Origin: an uncultured bacterium
GTDB taxonomy: Bacteria > Eisenbacteria > RBG-16-71-46 > JABDJR01 > JAWXBZ01
Assembly: GCA_964596775.1 (NCBI GenBank)
Contig: CAZQVN010000004.1
Location: forward strand, 29,638 to 93,637
Direction: 5' to 3'
Length of the DNA: 64,000 bases
The notes under the pieces were generated by a model. The model had not been told where the DNA came from. It worked only from the letters and a program-made list of their open reading frames with translations, and made no database searches. The translations under genes were made by a program, and so were the position numbers. How positions within the stretch are numbered: the stretch's first letter is position 1; each line of letters begins with the position of its first letter. This document shows, one piece after another, positions 56,976 to 64,000 of the stretch.

Positions 56976-57136
56976 GGAACGGACCAATAACGTAAATTGT
57001 TGTATCCAAACAAGTAACGCTGTAGACACGCCGCGCTGCCTGATTGCCGATAGTCACTTATCATGACCTATGTCATCACAACACGCATGCCGGGTGGCGG
57101 TCGGCGCCCGGCGCGTTTCCGGATCCGGACGCCGCA

Positions 57137-58717
57137 TCACGACCAGTTCTGCGCCTTGAGGAGGTCGTGCTTCTTCAGCTTGTTGTGCAGGTTCGTCCGG
57201 GACAGGCCCAGGGCCGACGCGGCGCGCGTCACGACCCCCTCGTTTCTTTTCAACGCTTCCAGGATGAGGCGCTTTTCGAAGTCCCGGACCTGGTCCGGAA
57301 GCGGCCCCCCGGACAGCGCACCCTCCTCGGCCTTCGGATCGTTGCTGCCGAGCGCGGGCAGGTCGTCGCGATCGACACGGCTGCCGGAGGCCTTGAGAAG
57401 CAGGCTCCGCTCCACCGCGTTGCGGAGTTCGCGGATGTTGCCGGGCCACGAGTACGCCAGCAGCGCCTTTTCCGCGGCCGGCGAGAAACCGCTGACCCGC
57501 CGGTTCGTTTCCCGGGCCACCTCGTCGAGAAAACGGAGGGCCAGCGGCAGGATGTCCTCGCGGCGCTGGCGCAGCGGGGGCAGCGTGAAGCTGATCACGT
57601 TCAGCCGGTAGAACAGGTCCTCGCGGAACTTCCCGGCCCGGACCGCGGCGGGGAGGTCCGCGTTCGTGGCCGCCACCACCCGGACGTCGATGGCGCGGTC
57701 GCGGTTCTCGCCGACCCGGCGGACGCGGTGGCGCTCGAGCACCGTCAGCAGCTTGACCTGCGATTCCGGCGGCAGCTCCGCCACCTCGTCGAGGAGGATC
57801 GTCCCGCCGTGCGCCTCCTCGAACAGGCCGGCCCGCTCGCGGTCCGCGCCGGTGAACGCGCCGCGCGCGTGACCGAACAGCTCGCTCTCGATCAGCGTGG
57901 GCGGCATGGCGCCGCAGTTCAGCTCCACGAACGGCCCGGACCGCCGTTCCGAGTGACGGTGCAGTACGCGGGCCACCAGGCTCTTGCCGGTGCCGCTTTC
58001 CCCGAGGAGCAGGACCGTGGCGTCGGTGACGGCCGCCCCTTCCACCTGGCGGGCCAGCCTGGACATGGTCGGCGACGCCCCCTCGATCCAGGTCAGGTCC
58101 GGCCGGTGGCGCGGGTCGGACTCGAGCTGCTCGACGCGGCGACCGAGCGTCTTCGCCTCCGCCTTGAGCGCCTGGACGAGGTCGGCGTTCCGGATGAACA
58201 GCGCCGCCTGCACCGCCAGCGTGGACAGGAGCTTCTGATCCCCGGCGGTAAAGATGTCGCCGGCGTCCGACTTTCCGAGCGCGATCACGCCGAGCACCTC
58301 GGCGTTCACCGTGAGCGGCGCCACGAGGAACGCCCGCGGGATTCCCGGCGGCCCGGTGAGGCCGAGCGGAACGAGGGAGCGGGTCAGATCGTCGACGAGG
58401 TACGGCAGGGCGCCGTCGCGGGCGAGCGGCTCGACCAGTTTCTCCATGAGGAACCGGGGGATGTTCGACTTCAGACCGGACACGGCGGTCGTTTCGAAAT
58501 CTCCGGACGCGCGGCGGCGGGCCACCCACCCCCCGTCCGCGCCGAAGATGGACGCGGTTTCGCGGAGCAGGTAGCTGTCGAGGTCCGCCACCGATCCGGG
58601 ATTGGCGAGGACTCCGGCCAGGCTGTGGACGAAGTCGAGTTCCTCGAACGTGGCCAGGAGTTTCTCGGTGAGATTGCGGATGCGGCGTTCGAATTCCGCG
58701 GGATCGCGGGTGGCCAT
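57137..58717 (-). CDS. sigma-54-dependent transcriptional activator with N-terminal GAF domain (GAF-AAA+-Fis HTH; NifA/FhlA-type enhancer-binding protein)
   Basis: GAF-like N-terminus, then a sigma-54 interaction domain: Walker [15 protein letters not shown] motif, Walker B ILLDEV, R-finger region. C-terminal Fis-type [25 protein letters not shown]. Confidence 0.85.
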   Translation of the reverse strand: MATRDPAEFERRIRNLTEKLLATFEELDFVHSLAGVLANPGSVADLDSYLLRETASIFGADGGWVARRRASGDFETTAVSGLKSNIPRFLMEKLVEPLARDGALPYLVDDLTRSLVPLGLTGPPGIPRAFLVAPLTVNAEVLGVIALGKSDAGDIFTAGDQKLLSTLAVQAALFIRNADLVQALKAEAKTLGRRVEQLESDPRHRPDLTWIEGASPTMSRLARQVEGAAVTDATVLLLGESGTGKSLVARVLHRHSERRSGPFVELNCGAMPPTLIESELFGHARGAFTGADRERAGLFEEAHGGTILLDEVAELPPESQVKLLTVLERHRVRRVGENRDRAIDVRVVAATNADLPAAVRAGKFREDLFYRLNVISFTLPPLRQRREDILPLALRFLDEVARETNRRVSGFSPAAEKALLAYSWPGNIRELRNAVERSLLLKASGSRVDRDDLPALGSNDPKAEEGALSGGPLPDQVRDFEKRLILEALKRNEGVVTRAASALGLSRTNLHNKLKKHDLLKAQNWS

Positions 58718-58887
58718 GACGGTCTCCGGGGTCTTTGACAGCGGCCCCGGGCGGTGACGATGACCGGGAGCGCGCGGCGTTTGCGGACGCCCCGGCCGCG
58801 AGTGCGGCGATCGCCGGGCCGTCCCCTGACATGGATTATGACACAGGATTCACGGATCGTGACGGAGTTTTCGCCCTGGACGGCCGC

Positions 58888-60933
58888 CTAGCGGGAGGCG
58901 CCGAGCCGGCGCAGCGCCGAACGGTTGCCCGGCTCGATCTCGAGGGCCCTGCGGTACAGCGCCACCGCCTCCTCCGGTCGCCCGGCCGCATCCAGGACCA
59001 GCCCGAGGTTGGTATACGCCTTCACGTAGCCCGGGTTGCCGGCGATCAGCGCGCGGTACAGGCTGTCGGCGCCGGCCAGGTCGCCGAGCTTGTACAGGCA
59101 GAGACCTATATTGTTGTCGAGGCTCGCCCGGTACGCGGGATCGTCCCCGGGGGCCGCGGACCGCAACGCCCGGTAGCCGGCCAGGGCCTCCGCGAAGTTT
59201 CCGTTCCTGTACTGCGTGGCCGCGTCCAGCTGGGCCGCGGCGTCCGCGGCCGCCGGGGTTTCCCCGGCGGCGGAACCACCGGCCTGGAACCGGCGCGCCT
59301 CGCCGAGGAGGCGCACCGCCTCGTTCGTGTTCCCCCGCCGCCTTTCCACGTCGGCGAGCGCGGCAAGGGCCGGCCCGTAGCGGGGATCGATGGCGAGCGA
59401 CCGGCGCAGAAGGGCGGCGGCCGTGTCGAGATCGCCCCGCATCGTGTAGAGCGTTCCGAAGTTCAGGTAGTCGACCCGGAGCAGCGACTGGGCCCGGAGC
59501 AGCGGCGTCCGGACGTTGGTGAACACGGCCGCGACCGGCAGCATCACGAGCACGGTGACGAGCGTCCGGTGCTGGACGGGACTCCGGAGCGCGGCGACCG
59601 TTTTCGTGATCGCGGCGGCGCCGAAGATCAGGAGGACCGGCGCCGCGGTGATCCGGTATTCCGCGGACACGAAGAACAGCAGGCAGGTGACCAGCGGCAC
59701 GGCGAGAAACAGGTGCAGGAGCAGGTGCTTCCTCCGCTCCCTCCAGGCGAGGACCATGCCGAGCATCCCCAGCGGCGCAATCCAGCCGAAACCCGGAATC
59801 AACAGGCGCAGCAGCGGCGCGTATTCCAGCGCAAAGTAGTAGTTCAGGTTCGTCGGCGATTCCGTGCGGTTCCAGAAGTAGTAGAACTTCCGGCCGAGCA
59901 GCTTCATCTCCTCCAGCGGATGTGCGAGCGCGAAGCGCACCCCCTCCTCGAAGAGGTAGCGCACGCTTTCCGCCAGGGTCACGTCGCGGCCGAGCTTTTC
60001 CGCGATGGCGTCGCGGGTGCCCCAGACCTCGGACTCGAACGCGGCACTCCCGGTGAACTTCGGCATCACGTAGAGACCGGTGGCGTCCTCGTTGTGACCG
60101 ACGTAGAACGCGGCGTAGTTGGCCGCCACCGGGACGACCTGCCCCTCGACCAGCGTGTTCCGGACGGTCACCCCGACGAGCGGCAGCAGGGCCGCGGCGC
60201 AGAGCAGGGCCGCGTGACGGATCGCGCGCCCGCGCGGGGCGTGCATCACCAGGAACGGAATCGCCAGCGGCGCGAGGAGCAGGTTGTTGCCGCGGGCCAG
60301 CGCCATGAGCCCGATCGCGGCGCCGGCCGCCGCGACGGTCGGCGCCCGCGGATCGTCTCGCCAGGCATCGAGCGCCGTGATCGCCGCGAGCCCGTTGAAC
60401 ACGATGATCGTCGGCGTGAGCAGCGTGCCGGTGTAGAAGACCAGCGGGCCGTACAGCGCGGCGCCGGCCCCGGCGAGCAGCGCCGTGCCGCCGCCGAACA
60501 GGCGGCCGGCCAGGCGATGGATCATCACCACCGACAGCGCGCCGAGAACCGCCTGGACGACGAGCACGGCGGCCGGCCCGCCGGCCACGGCATAGACGGC
60601 GGCGAGGAACCACGGGTAGAGGATGTTCATGGAGTACACGTCCTCGCCGCGGAAACCGCCGGACAGGATGAGCCGGGCGAGGCGATCGTAGGTTTCCGAG
60701 TCGATGAGGAGGATCTGCGTCAGCGGCGTGCCGGAAATCTGCGCGATGTGGACAAGGCGGATCGCGAGCGCCGCGAGGAACAGGAGGACCGCGGCGGGTC
60801 GGCTTCCGGCGGGTCGCGCCGGGGCAAGGCCGGCCCCGGCGCCGCGGCCGGAAGCCCCTCCGGGGGCGCTCGACGACTTCGCCGGGCCCGCCCCGCCGGG
60901 GACGGCCGCGGAACGCGGCTTCCGCCTAGTCAT
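58888..60933 (-). CDS. GT39/ArnT-PMT-like polytopic membrane glycosyltransferase fused to C-terminal TPR repeats
   Basis: About 12 TM helices with a loop resembling the Asp/Glu-containing motif of the GT-C superfamily near the N-terminus (DSETYD). About 200 aa of C-terminal TPR-like repeats (ALLRRSLAIDPRYGPA..., YRRALEIEPGNRSA). Confidence 0.6.
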   Translation of the reverse strand: MTRRKPRSAAVPGGAGPAKSSSAPGGASGRGAGAGLAPARPAGSRPAAVLLFLAALAIRLVHIAQISGTPLTQILLIDSETYDRLARLILSGGFRGEDVYSMNILYPWFLAAVYAVAGGPAAVLVVQAVLGALSVVMIHRLAGRLFGGGTALLAGAGAALYGPLVFYTGTLLTPTIIVFNGLAAITALDAWRDDPRAPTVAAAGAAIGLMALARGNNLLLAPLAIPFLVMHAPRGRAIRHAALLCAAALLPLVGVTVRNTLVEGQVVPVAANYAAFYVGHNEDATGLYVMPKFTGSAAFESEVWGTRDAIAEKLGRDVTLAESVRYLFEEGVRFALAHPLEEMKLLGRKFYYFWNRTESPTNLNYYFALEYAPLLRLLIPGFGWIAPLGMLGMVLAWRERRKHLLLHLFLAVPLVTCLLFFVSAEYRITAAPVLLIFGAAAITKTVAALRSPVQHRTLVTVLVMLPVAAVFTNVRTPLLRAQSLLRVDYLNFGTLYTMRGDLDTAAALLRRSLAIDPRYGPALAALADVERRRGNTNEAVRLLGEARRFQAGGSAAGETPAAADAAAQLDAATQYRNGNFAEALAGYRALRSAAPGDDPAYRASLDNNIGLCLYKLGDLAGADSLYRALIAGNPGYVKAYTNLGLVLDAAGRPEEAVALYRRALEIEPGNRSALRRLGASR

Positions 60934-61441
60934 CCGTGGGGCGTGAGGTGCGCAGGCGCTTGATCCCGCTGCGCCGCTTCTTGCTCTCGAGACGCTTCTG
61001 GCGCGACGAGTACGTCGGCTTCGTTTTCCTCCGTTTCTTCGGCGGCGTCAGCCGCGCCACGAGCTTGCCGCGGAGCCGCGCCAGCGCGTCGAGGAGATTC
61101 CGCCGCTGCGACCTTTCCCGGCGGCCGATCACGACCAGGCCGCTCGGTTCGTGAACGAGGCGCACCGCGGACATCGTCGTGTTCTTGTGCTGCCCGCCCG
61201 GGCCCGGAGCCTTGAACATCGTCACCCGGCACTCGGCGAGAAGGCCGTCGTCGTCCGCGGGCAGGCGGTAGTCGCGGCGGAACTCCGCGTCGGACGGCGG
61301 GGGGGACGCGGGGGTTCCGGCTCCGGCAGGCGGACGATCGCCGCCGGTGTCCGGGTTCCGCCCGTCGGCGCGGGCAGGGCGGGACGGGCGGGGGGCATCG
61401 ATCGGATTTTCCGCGTCCTTTGTATTAGAATCGGAATTCAT
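60926..61441 (-). CDS. arfB: alternative ribosome-rescue factor ArfB (peptidyl-tRNA hydrolase, GGQ family) with Pro/Arg-rich N-terminal extension
   Basis: GGQ catalytic motif FKAPGPGGQHKNTTMSAVRL, then a basic C-terminal tail (RLTPPKKRRKTKPTYSSRQKRLESKKRRSGIKRLR) typical of ArfB/YaeJ. The start codon is uncertain: Met at 61441 or 61453. Confidence 0.7.
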   Translation of the reverse strand: MNSDSNTKDAENPIDAPRPSRPARADGRNPDTGGDRPPAGAGTPASPPPSDAEFRRDYRLPADDDGLLAECRVTMFKAPGPGGQHKNTTMSAVRLVHEPSGLVVIGRRERSQRRNLLDALARLRGKLVARLTPPKKRRKTKPTYSSRQKRLESKKRRSGIKRLRTSRPTDD

Positions 61442-61530
61442 CGCTGGCTCCATGCCGGATTCGATGCCGGATCGATCGAGACCGCGACCGGCACTCCTCT
61501 TTCGGCTTTCCAAGATACCACGGAGGATTC

Positions 61531-62634
61531 ATGAAGCGTCGCGACTTCGTCAGGAAGGCATTGACCGGCGGCATCGCCACGACCGCGCTCGCGTCCTGCG
61601 CCTCGCCGGAGGAGAAAAACGTCGCGGTCCAGACGCAGCGAAGCGTTCAGTGGCGGCTGACCTCCAGTTTCCCCCGCGGCCTCGACGCGATCTACGGCGC
61701 CAACGACGTCATGGCCGCGCGCGTGTCGGCCATGTCCGGCGGGCGCTTCCAGGTCCACTGCTACCCCGGCGGCGAGATCGTTCCCGGTCTCCAGGTGCTG
61801 GATGCGGTGCAGCAGGGCACCGTCCAGATGGGGCAGACCGCCAGCTACTACTACACCGGGAAGAATCCGGCGGTGGCCTTCGACGCCTGCGTGCCGTTCG
61901 GCCTCACATCGCGCCAGCAGACGGCGTGGCTTCTCGAACAGGGGGGGATGGACCTCCTGGCGCCCGTGTTCGCCGACTTCAACATCATCTCCATCCCCGG
62001 CGGGAACACCGGCGTCCAGATGGGCGGCTGGTTCAAGCGGGAGATCCACGGAACCGGCGACCTCAACGGACTCAAGATGCGGATCCCCGGCCTCGGCGGC
62101 GAAGTCATGGCCCGTCTCGGCGCGGTGGTCCAGGTCCTGGCCGGCGGCGACATCTTCCCGGCGCTCGAGCGCGGCGCCATCGACGCCACGGAGTGGGTCG
62201 GCCCGTATGACGACGAGAAACTCGGCTTTCACAAGGTCGCGAAGTTCTACTACTACCCGGGCTGGTGGGAGCCGGGACCGAACCTCTCCTTCTACGTGAA
62301 CCGGGACGCCTGGGAGAAGCTCCCGGTGGAATACCGGGAGATCCTCAAAACCGCCTGTTCCGAAGCGGCCACCTCGATGCAGGCGCGCTACGACGCGTGG
62401 AACCCCGCCGCGCTCGGGCGCATCATCGAGTCCGGCGTGGAACTGCGGCCGTTCTCCGAGGAGATCATGAACGCCGCGGCGGCCGCGTCTCGGGAGATCC
62501 TGGACGAGCAGGCGACGAAGGATCCCGTGTACGCGAAGATTTACGAAGCCTGGAAGCAGGCGCGGAAGGCGTCCTTCCGCTGGTTCGGCACCGCGGAGCA
62601 GATATACCAGGATTACGTGTACCCGAAGTGGTAG
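61531..62634 (+). CDS. TRAP transporter substrate-binding protein (DctP family) with Tat-like signal
   Basis: MKRRDFVRKALTGGIATTALASCA Tat/lipoprotein signal. DctP-family body (WFKREIHGTGDLNGLKMRIPG, EWVGPYDDEKLGFHKVAKFYYYPGWWE). No dctQ or dctM is adjacent in the window. Confidence 0.75.
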   Translation: MKRRDFVRKALTGGIATTALASCASPEEKNVAVQTQRSVQWRLTSSFPRGLDAIYGANDVMAARVSAMSGGRFQVHCYPGGEIVPGLQVLDAVQQGTVQMGQTASYYYTGKNPAVAFDACVPFGLTSRQQTAWLLEQGGMDLLAPVFADFNIISIPGGNTGVQMGGWFKREIHGTGDLNGLKMRIPGLGGEVMARLGAVVQVLAGGDIFPALERGAIDATEWVGPYDDEKLGFHKVAKFYYYPGWWEPGPNLSFYVNRDAWEKLPVEYREILKTACSEAATSMQARYDAWNPAALGRIIESGVELRPFSEEIMNAAAAASREILDEQATKDPVYAKIYEAWKQARKASFRWFGTAEQIYQDYVYPKW

Positions 62635-62659
62635 GAGGGCCGGCTGACCGGGGCGGGCA

Positions 62660-64000
62660 CTATCCGAAGTGGCGGGGAACGCCTGCGGTTCCGGTGGCCC
62701 GCAGCGGCTCGAAGACCGCCGAAAAGTGCCGGAGCCGCGGTGAAGCCGACACGATCCGGAAACCGCCGAGGCGTTCCCCGTACTCGGCCACCCGGATGAT
62801 CCCCTCCGCCACGTAGTCGATGTGCGACTGCGTGTACAGGCGTCGGGGCAGTGCGAGGCGGACCAGGTCCATGGCCGCCGCCGCTTCCGAGCCGTCCGCC
62901 TGGCGACCGAACATCACCGTGCCGATTTCGCAGCCGCGGATTCCCGCCTCGAGATAGAGCGCGTTGCACAACGCGATGCCGGGATAGGACAGCGGGGGGA
63001 TGTGCGGAAGCATGGCCCTCGCGTCGATGTACACGGCGTGTCCTCCGGCCGGCTGCACGATCGGAACGCCGGCCGCCGCGATCTTCTCGGCCAGGTACTC
63101 CACGGAGCGGATGCGGTACTGAAGATAGGATTCGTCGACGACCTCCTCGAGCCCGCGGGCGATCGCCTCGAGATCGTGGCCGGCCAGCCCGCCGTACGTC
63201 GGAAATCCCTCGGTGAGGATGAGCAGGCTTCGGCACTCCTCCGCCCAGGCATCGTCGTTCAGGGCCAGGAAGCCCCCGATGTTGGCCAGGCCGTCCTTCT
63301 TGGCCGACATCGTGCACCCGTCGGCCAGCGCGAACATCCCGCGGGCGATGTCCGCCGGCGACCGCCCGGACTGGCCGGGTTCGCGGATCTTGATGAAGTA
63401 GCTGTTCTCCGCGAACCGGCAGGCGTCGAGAAACAGCTTCACGCCGTACCGGTTGCAGAGGGCCCGCACGCTGCGCAGGTTTTCCAGCGACACCGGCTGG
63501 CCGCCGCCGGAGTTGTTCGTGACGGTGACCATGACCAGCCGGATCCGGTCTTTCCTTTCCTCGAGAAGGTTCTCCAGCGCCGCGAGATCCATGTTCCCCT
63601 TGAACGGATGGACGACGTGCGGGACCCGCCCCTCGGGGATCACGAGATCCACGGCCGTGGCGGACTCCGCTTCGATGTTGGCCCGCGTCGTGTCGAAGTG
63701 GGTGTTGTTGACCACGATGTCGCCGGGCGACAGGATCGTGTGAAAGAGGATCCGTTCGGCGGCGCGTCCCTGGTGCGTCGGGATCACGTGCCGATAGCCG
63801 GTGAGATCGCGCACCGCCTCCTCGAAGCGGAAGTACGACGGGCTGCCCGCGTAGGATTCATCGCCGCGCATCATGGCGCCCCACTGCGCGGACGACATGG
63901 CGCCGGTGCCCGAATCGGTCAGCAGGTCGATGAGCACGTCATCGGAATGAAGACGAAACACGTTGTGCCCGGCCCGGGCGAGCGCCTGCTCCCGTTCCTC
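62660..64000 (-). CDS. tnaA: tryptophanase / beta-eliminating lyase (PLP-dependent), N-terminus beyond the window end
   Basis: DLLTDSGTGAMSSAQWGAMMRGDESYAGS and a PLP-lysine region (CTMSAKKDGLANIGGFLA) are typical of the tryptophanase/tyrosine phenol-lyase family. The frame stays open to the window edge. Confidence 0.75.
   Translation of the reverse strand, partial: EEREQALARAGHNVFRLHSDDVLIDLLTDSGTGAMSSAQWGAMMRGDESYAGSPSYFRFEEAVRDLTGYRHVIPTHQGRAAERILFHTILSPGDIVVNNTHFDTTRANIEAESATAVDLVIPEGRVPHVVHPFKGNMDLAALENLLEERKDRIRLVMVTVTNNSGGGQPVSLENLRSVRALCNRYGVKLFLDACRFAENSYFIKIREPGQSGRSPADIARGMFALADGCTMSAKKDGLANIGGFLALNDDAWAEECRSLLILTEGFPTYGGLAGHDLEAIARGLEEVVDESYLQYRIRSVEYLAEKIAAAGVPIVQPAGGHAVYIDARAMLPHIPPLSYPGIALCNALYLEAGIRGCEIGTVMFGRQADGSEAAAAMDLVRLALPRRLYTQSHIDYVAEGIIRVAEYGERLGGFRIVSASPRLRHFSAVFEPLRATGTAGVPRHFG

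Noticed and set aside
56852-57064. About 70-aa N-terminal extension of the TolB-like ORF (MISDYRQSG...)
   Set aside because: The region is AT-rich, contains the sigma-54 promoter, would lie upstream of the predicted transcription start, and places a lipoprotein signal about 100 residues into the protein. It was treated as non-coding leader.

Overview
This is a high-GC (about 68-70%) bacterial chromosomal fragment that is densely coding on both strands, with no rRNA, tRNA, CRISPR array, transposase or integrase detectable. At least seven large signal-peptide-bearing proteins end in the same roughly 80-residue FlgD-Ig/T9SS-type C-terminal sorting domain (NHL, beta-helix, BNR and beta-propeller architectures). 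This suggests an uncultured FCB-group or Gemmatimonadota-like organism, which is inference only.

Housekeeping genes:
- sucA (short-form 2-oxoglutarate dehydrogenase E1)
- lysC (aspartate kinase)
- hflK and hflC
- arfB
- a TRAP substrate-binding protein
- a partial tryptophanase
- an HDAC-family deacetylase
- an S9 peptidase
- an MdtABC-like efflux operon (membrane fusion protein plus two RND permeases)

Signalling content:
- An ECF sigma factor divergently paired with a Ser/Thr kinase carrying TPR repeats.
- A second Ser/Thr kinase with an N-terminal zinc ribbon and a polytopic membrane C-terminal domain.
- A GAF sigma-54 activator placed directly upstream of a near-consensus sigma-54 promoter. 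That promoter drives a minus-strand operon: TolB-like lipoprotein, small membrane protein, hybrid-type sensor histidine kinase, single-domain receiver, GAF-PP2C phosphatase.

Irregular regions:
- An abrupt junction near 26.94 kb where a 5'-truncated secreted-protein gene and a 5'-truncated kinase gene abut, followed by a vapBC module with palindromic operators.
- A lower-GC mini-island (17.7-18.4 kb) carrying a minimal nucleotidyltransferase plus a 52-aa partner.
- A second lower-GC island (37.1-39.2 kb) with an SBBP-like propeller gene preceded by an (AG)22 microsatellite.
- A structured intergenic region with a 56-bp tandem duplication and two hairpins (23.6-24.0 kb).

Every call is from reading the sequence and the ORF translations. 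No database search was possible.
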